49,081 nucleotides of DNA from an uncultured Rhizobium sp. (GTDB taxonomy: Bacteria > Pseudomonadota > Alphaproteobacteria > Rickettsiales > UBA1997): contig CAZENB010000002.1 of assembly GCA_964513555.1 (NCBI GenBank), positions 1 through 49,081 of the forward strand. Direction: 5' to 3'. The notes under the pieces were generated by a model that saw nothing but the letters and a program-made list of their open reading frames with translations, was not told the DNA's origin and ran no database searches. How positions within the stretch are numbered: position 1 is the stretch's first letter; each line of letters begins with the position of its first letter. The position numbers were made by a program, and so were the translations under genes. Below are positions 45,002 to 49,081 of the stretch, piece after piece.

Positions 45002-45619
45002 ATGACAAAAAGAATTAACGCAAAAAAGAAATTCAGCAGAAAATTAGGCGCAAGTCTTTGGGGACAAGCTAAAGATCCTTTTGCTAAAAGAAATTATAAA
45101 CCAGGACAACATGGTGCTTCTCCTAAAGGAAGGCCAAGCGATTATGGTAATCAGCTTCGTGCTAAGCAAAGAATGAAATTTTATTATGGTAACATTTCTG
45201 AGAAACAATTCTTCAACCTTTTCCAATTAGCAAGCAAATCGAAAGGTGATGTAAGTGAAAACTTTGTAGCACTCCTTGAAAGCAGAATTGATGCTGTTAT
45301 TTATCGTGCAAACTTTGTTCCTACAGTTTTTGCAGCAAGACAATTTGTTAACCACAAACACGTAACTGTTAACGGACAAGTTGTTAACATTCCTTCTTAC
45401 AGAGTTAAAATTGGTGATGTTGTACAAGTTAGAGAAAGATCTCGTAAATTGACAATTGTTATGGAATCTTTACAAAAAATGGAAAGAGATATTCCAAGCT
45501 ACTTGCAACTTGATAAAGACACTTTCAGCATTAAATTGACTGAAAAACCAGCATTTGCTGAAGTTCCTTATCCTGTTGAAATGCAACCACATTTCATTAC
45601 AGAGTTTTATTCAAGATAG
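45002..45619 (+). CDS. rpsD: 30S ribosomal protein S4
   Basis: 205 aa. N-terminal KLGASLWG...YKPGQHG and an S4 RNA-binding domain (LESRIDAVIYRANF..T...ARQFVNHKHVTVNGQVVNIPSYRVK). Confidence 0.96.
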   Translation: MTKRINAKKKFSRKLGASLWGQAKDPFAKRNYKPGQHGASPKGRPSDYGNQLRAKQRMKFYYGNISEKQFFNLFQLASKSKGDVSENFVALLESRIDAVIYRANFVPTVFAARQFVNHKHVTVNGQVVNIPSYRVKIGDVVQVRERSRKLTIVMESLQKMERDIPSYLQLDKDTFSIKLTEKPAFAEVPYPVEMQPHFITEFYSR

Positions 45620-45720
45620 TTGGGTAGAACAAAAAATAAAAAATTCGATAATTTTTGAGTATTTTTTGCAGTTTGGAATTCAAAAGTCCCATTAGGTAAA
45701 TATATCGTTTTAATAATTAC

Positions 45721-45760
45721 CTGTCATCCTTAGTAAAGCGAAGGATGACAGAATTTTTTT
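45721..45760 (+). terminator. rho-independent terminator of rpsD formed by the left arm of repeat copy C
   Basis: Perfect 11-bp stem ctgtcatcctt/aaggatgacag with a 9-nt loop, followed by aattttttt. Confidence 0.65.
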
Positions 45761-45806
45761 ATCATAGATGATTTGTTTAGATTCTTCGTTTTGTTACGGA
45801 TGAAAC
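45721..45806. repeat. palindromic element family 1, copy C (full-length, intergenic)
   Basis: Left arm ctgtcatccttagtaaagcgaaggatgacag (45721-45751) and right arm agattcttcgttttgttacggatgaaac (45779-45806) align with the arms of copies A and B. Confidence 0.7.
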
Positions 45807-45832
45807 TAGCTTTATAATGCCCTAAAATTAGC

Positions 45833-46654
45833 TTATGCTGTAAGATGTTTAGCTATCTCGCAGAATTGTTCAATTGTGAGATTTTCTGCTCTTAATTGTG
45901 GATCAATTTTTGTTTTTTGCAAAACTTCTTCTACGTCTTTAAAAACTGATTTTAAAGAAGATCTGATCATTTTTCTTCTTTGATTAAAAGCTGCCGCAAC
46001 AACTTTTTCTAGTTTATTGAAATTAACATCAGAAGTTGGTTTTTCTTTTGGAATAATTTCAACAATTGCTGATGTAACCTTTGGTGGAGGAGTAAAAACT
46101 GTTTTATTAACAGTAAACACCATTCTTGTATCACACAAAAAATTAATCATAACTGCTAATCTTCCATAATGATTATCGCCAACTTTTGCTGTAATTCTTT
46201 CTACAACTTCCTTTTGCAACATTAAATGCATTGAAGATATATTATTTGATATCTTTAACCATTTAAAGATTAAAACAGTTCCAATATTATAGGGTAAATT
46301 TGCTATAATTTTAAATTTTCTATCACCAAATAAGTCTTTTTCGTTAATTGTTAAAGCATCACCTGAAATAATTTTTAAATTTTCACCATAAAATATCTGA
46401 AGCTCTTTTAATGCTTCAATGCATCTTTCATCGCGCTCAATTGCGTACAGTTTTTTTGGTTTTGAATCAAGTATTGATCTTGTCAAACTTCCTGGTCCTG
46501 GACCAATTTCAAGAATTTCAAATTCTTCTAAACTGCCAGCAGATTTTACAATTTTGTCAGTAAAGTTTTTATCAAGAATAAAGTTTTGCCCCAGTGATTT
46601 TTTTGCATTTAGCTGATATTTTTTGATAATTTCTGAAGTGGAGAGGAGGGGCAT
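45833..46654 (-). CDS. rsmA: 16S rRNA (adenine1518/1519-N6)-dimethyltransferase
   Basis: LGQNFL, EIGPGPGSLT and NLPYNI motifs; 273 aa. Confidence 0.94.
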   Translation of the reverse strand: MPLLSTSEIIKKYQLNAKKSLGQNFILDKNFTDKIVKSAGSLEEFEILEIGPGPGSLTRSILDSKPKKLYAIERDERCIEALKELQIFYGENLKIISGDALTINEKDLFGDRKFKIIANLPYNIGTVLIFKWLKISNNISSMHLMLQKEVVERITAKVGDNHYGRLAVMINFLCDTRMVFTVNKTVFTPPPKVTSAIVEIIPKEKPTSDVNFNKLEKVVAAAFNQRRKMIRSSLKSVFKDVEEVLQKTKIDPQLRAENLTIEQFCEIAKHLTA

Positions 46655-46714
46655 TAAACAAATTATATTTGTTATATAGATATTTTAGAAGAAACTTTTT
46701 TCTTCATGTTATTT

Positions 46715-46785
46715 ATCACAAAGTGGCTTTATGTAAGTTATAAAAACATAAATTTATTATAATAAGTATAATGCCACTTTGTGAT
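46715..46785. repeat. perfect 13-bp inverted repeat with 45-nt spacer between ald and rsmA
   Basis: atcacaaagtggc (46715-46727) and gccactttgtgat (46773-46785). The spacer contains a nested inverted repeat tttatgt/acataaa. Confidence 0.7.
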
Positions 46786-46805
46786 TTAAATTTCTGAAAA
46801 AAATA

Positions 46806-47918
46806 TTACAGAACTTTTTCAGCTTCTACGAACTTGTGACCCAAAGCTTCTGAAACAGCTTTATAAGTAACTTTACCATCAATAACATTTAAACCATTAC
46901 GTAGGTTTTTGTCATCAAGCAAAGCTCTTCTATATCCTTTATTTGCTAAAGCTATAGTGAAAGGAAGAGTTGAATTTTCTAAGGCTTGAGTTGAAGTTCT
47001 AGCAACTGCTCCTGGCATATTTGTCACGCAGTAATGAACAACTCCGTCTGTGACATAAGTTGGATTGCTATGAGAAGTTGGTTTAGAAGTTTCAAAACAT
47101 CCGCCTTGGTCAATTGAAATATCAACCATAACTGAACCTTTCTTCATTTTTTTCACCATTTGTTTGGTGATTAATTTTGGAGCAGCCGCACCTGGAATTA
47201 GAACCGCGCCAACAACTAGGTCAGATTCAACAACGTTTTTTTCAATATTTTCAAGTGAGGCGTAGATAACGTTTGCAGTGTTACCAAAAATATCACACAA
47301 GTAGCGTATTCTTGGCAAAGATTTGTCAAGAATTGTTACGTCAGCACCCATTCCAACCGCAACTTTTGCAGCATTAGTTCCTGAAACACCACCACCAAGA
47401 ACTGTTACTTTTGAACGATTTACACCAGGAACTCCTCCAAGAAGAACTCCGCGTCCACCTTGAGATTTTTCCAATGCTTTAGCACCTGCTTGAATTGACA
47501 ATTTACCAGCAACTTCAGACATTGGAGCAAGAAGAGGTAAAGAACCATCATTTGCGCTTACTGTTTCAAAAGCAATAGCAATTGCTCCAGATTTGATCAA
47601 AAGTTTAGTTAATTCTGGTTCTGCTGCTAGGTGTAAGTAAGAGAATATTACTTGACCTTTTCTAATCATTTTGCATTCAGTCTTTTGAGGCTCTTTAACT
47701 TTTAAAATCATTTCAGCTTTTTCATAAACTTCAGCTGCAGTTGCGACAATTTTTGCACCTGCTGCGACGTACTGAGAGTCAGAAAAGTCAATTGCTGATC
47801 CAGCATCTTTTTGTACTATAACTTTGTGACCAGCGTTTACTAATTCTCTAACGCCAGCTGGTGTTGCTCCAACTCTATACTCATGATCTTTAATTTCTTT
47901 TGGAATGCCAATTAGCAT
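46806..47918 (-). CDS. ald: alanine dehydrogenase
   Basis: [24 protein letters not shown]-terminus and [31 protein letters not shown] fold; 370 aa. Confidence 0.94.
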   Translation of the reverse strand: MLIGIPKEIKDHEYRVGATPAGVRELVNAGHKVIVQKDAGSAIDFSDSQYVAAGAKIVATAAEVYEKAEMILKVKEPQKTECKMIRKGQVIFSYLHLAAEPELTKLLIKSGAIAIAFETVSANDGSLPLLAPMSEVAGKLSIQAGAKALEKSQGGRGVLLGGVPGVNRSKVTVLGGGVSGTNAAKVAVGMGADVTILDKSLPRIRYLCDIFGNTANVIYASLENIEKNVVESDLVVGAVLIPGAAAPKLITKQMVKKMKKGSVMVDISIDQGGCFETSKPTSHSNPTYVTDGVVHYCVTNMPGAVARTSTQALENSTLPFTIALANKGYRRALLDDKNLRNGLNVIDGKVTYKAVSEALGHKFVEAEKVL

Positions 47919-48002
47919 AATTCTCCTTAAAATTTTGTTGTGTTAAAAAGTTAAAAAATCCTAGAAAATTTTGGTATTTGTTTCATTTAAAACCTGATTT
48001 TA

Positions 48003-48629
48003 CTAGGAGTTAATTTGTGAAATTTTTATGATATTACTTTCTTTCGAAGTCAAACTTGGATAGGTCTCATAATTAAAGCTAAACTGTTTTTTTGCAAGTT
48101 CTAATTCTTGATTTAGGTTTTTTCCTTTTAAAAATAAACAAAATCCATCTTTTTTAAGAAATTTTGTACTGTAAGATATTAGCTTATTAAGTGGAGCCAA
48201 GGCTCGTGATGTTATGCAATCAAACTCAGAAACACTAAGTTCTTCTAGTTTAGATTGATGAATAAAAATACGGTTTTGAGAACATAGCTTTGCTTTTCTT
48301 AAAAAACCACATTTGCGAAATGCTTTTTCTACAAGGTGAATTTCTTTTAAACCAAGAATTGATAAAATTATTCCTGGAAAACCAGCACCAGTACCAAAAT
48401 CAGCAAATCTAGCATTTTTATTTTCTATAAAGCGAAGAATTTGGGCGCTGTCTAAAATATGACGATTCCAGAGTTCATCAATTGTTGATTTACCAATAAA
48501 GTTAAATTTTTGGTTTTCTTGTAGAAGAAATAAAACAAAATCTTCCAAGTTTTTAATTTGGTTATCAGTTAAATTATGAAATTTTTTTATTTCGTTTAAA
48601 GCAGCTTCTTTTTTTATTTCAAAATTCAT
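48003..48629 (-). CDS. rsmG: 16S rRNA (guanine527-N7)-methyltransferase
   Basis: NRHILDS and FADFGTGAGFPGIILSI motifs; 208 aa. Confidence 0.9.
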   Translation of the reverse strand: MNFEIKKEAALNEIKKFHNLTDNQIKNLEDFVLFLLQENQKFNFIGKSTIDELWNRHILDSAQILRFIENKNARFADFGTGAGFPGIILSILGLKEIHLVEKAFRKCGFLRKAKLCSQNRIFIHQSKLEELSVSEFDCITSRALAPLNKLISYSTKFLKKDGFCLFLKGKNLNQELELAKKQFSFNYETYPSLTSKESNIIKISQINS

Positions 48630-48875
48630 TTTAATTGAATAACTCCTGAGATATTTTGTTTGACTGTATTGTTTAAACTGAAAATTTTAAATCATAAATT
48701 TAAACATTTGCTACATTTTTAAAGATGGGATTTCCTTTTATCAATAAAAATTAAGCAATTTTGGACAAAAATAAAGATAATTGATGACAATTACAAAGCA
48801 TAATCTAAAAATGCATAAAAACATCAAAATAATATAGTTTTTCGAAAATTTCTCTCAATTTTTCTCAATAATAAC

Positions 48876-49081
48876 ATGAAAATCTCTTCAAAAGTCAAAA
48901 AAATTCTTTCTTGTTACGAAAGTGACAATGCAGGAACAAAAACAAATTTAGCACGTATTTTAATGCATGGTAGACTTGGTGGAACTGGTAAAATGGTTAT
49001 CTTGCCAGTTGATCAAGGCTTTGAACATGGTCCAGATAGAAGTTTCTCAGTAAACCCTGATGCATACAATCCAGAATATCA
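48876..49081 (+). CDS. fbaB: class I fructose-bisphosphate aldolase (FbaB/DhnA type), N-terminal part (3' end outside window)
   Basis: ATG at 48876; GRLGGTGKMVILPVDQGFEHGP resembles E. coli FbaB [21 protein letters not shown]. The frame is open to the window end. Confidence 0.8.
   Translation, partial: MKISSKVKKILSCYESDNAGTKTNLARILMHGRLGGTGKMVILPVDQGFEHGPDRSFSVNPDAYNPEY

Noticed and set aside
48630-48875. Possible replication origin next to rsmG
   Set aside because: No DnaA-box-like 9-mers were recognised, and dnaA, parAB and mnmG are not in the window.

Overview
49 kb chromosomal window from a very AT-rich alphaproteobacterium. The lineage call rests on a permuted two-piece tmRNA with an ANDNF-type tag, an alpha-type SspB, an isolated nuoL, and Rickettsia-RPE-like palindromic repeats. 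That it is Rickettsiales-like or host-associated is my inference. About 50 genes are mostly housekeeping: ispH, plsY, pyrF, murE, pal, rnd, tpiA, fumC, ubiH-family, waaA, radA, groESL, grxC, ribD, purA, dsbD, pepF, murJ, ygfZ, nuoL, rpsD, rsmA, ald, rsmG, fbaB. I recognised no rRNA, tRNA, CRISPR array, transposase or integrase. The items most worth a second look are: (1) a tight tandem operon of five divergent small lipoprotein paralogs sharing a two-cysteine G[WF]xDGC / Yx[TF]xWxxGxxxC signature that I cannot place in a characterised family (38561-40692), next to a decayed glycosyltransferase; (2) a family of about 75-85 nt palindromic elements with two in-frame insertions in conserved enzymes (a GltD/PyrK-like flavoprotein and a UbiH-family hydroxylase), three intergenic copies (one acting as the rpsD terminator), and a second palindromic element type; (3) a HEPN/MNT (HepT/MntA-type) toxin-antitoxin pair wedged between fumC and the ubiH-like gene; (4) a eukaryote-like DOT1-type methyltransferase; (5) an orphan 406-aa membrane protein with a low-complexity tail; (6) a Pro/Tyr-rich lipoprotein locus with a frameshifted paralog and a 9-bp tandem repeat at its 5' end; (7) a tmRNA tag with an internal ANDN duplication, immediately followed by sspB. 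Coordinates of RNA and regulatory features are approximate because they were read by eye.
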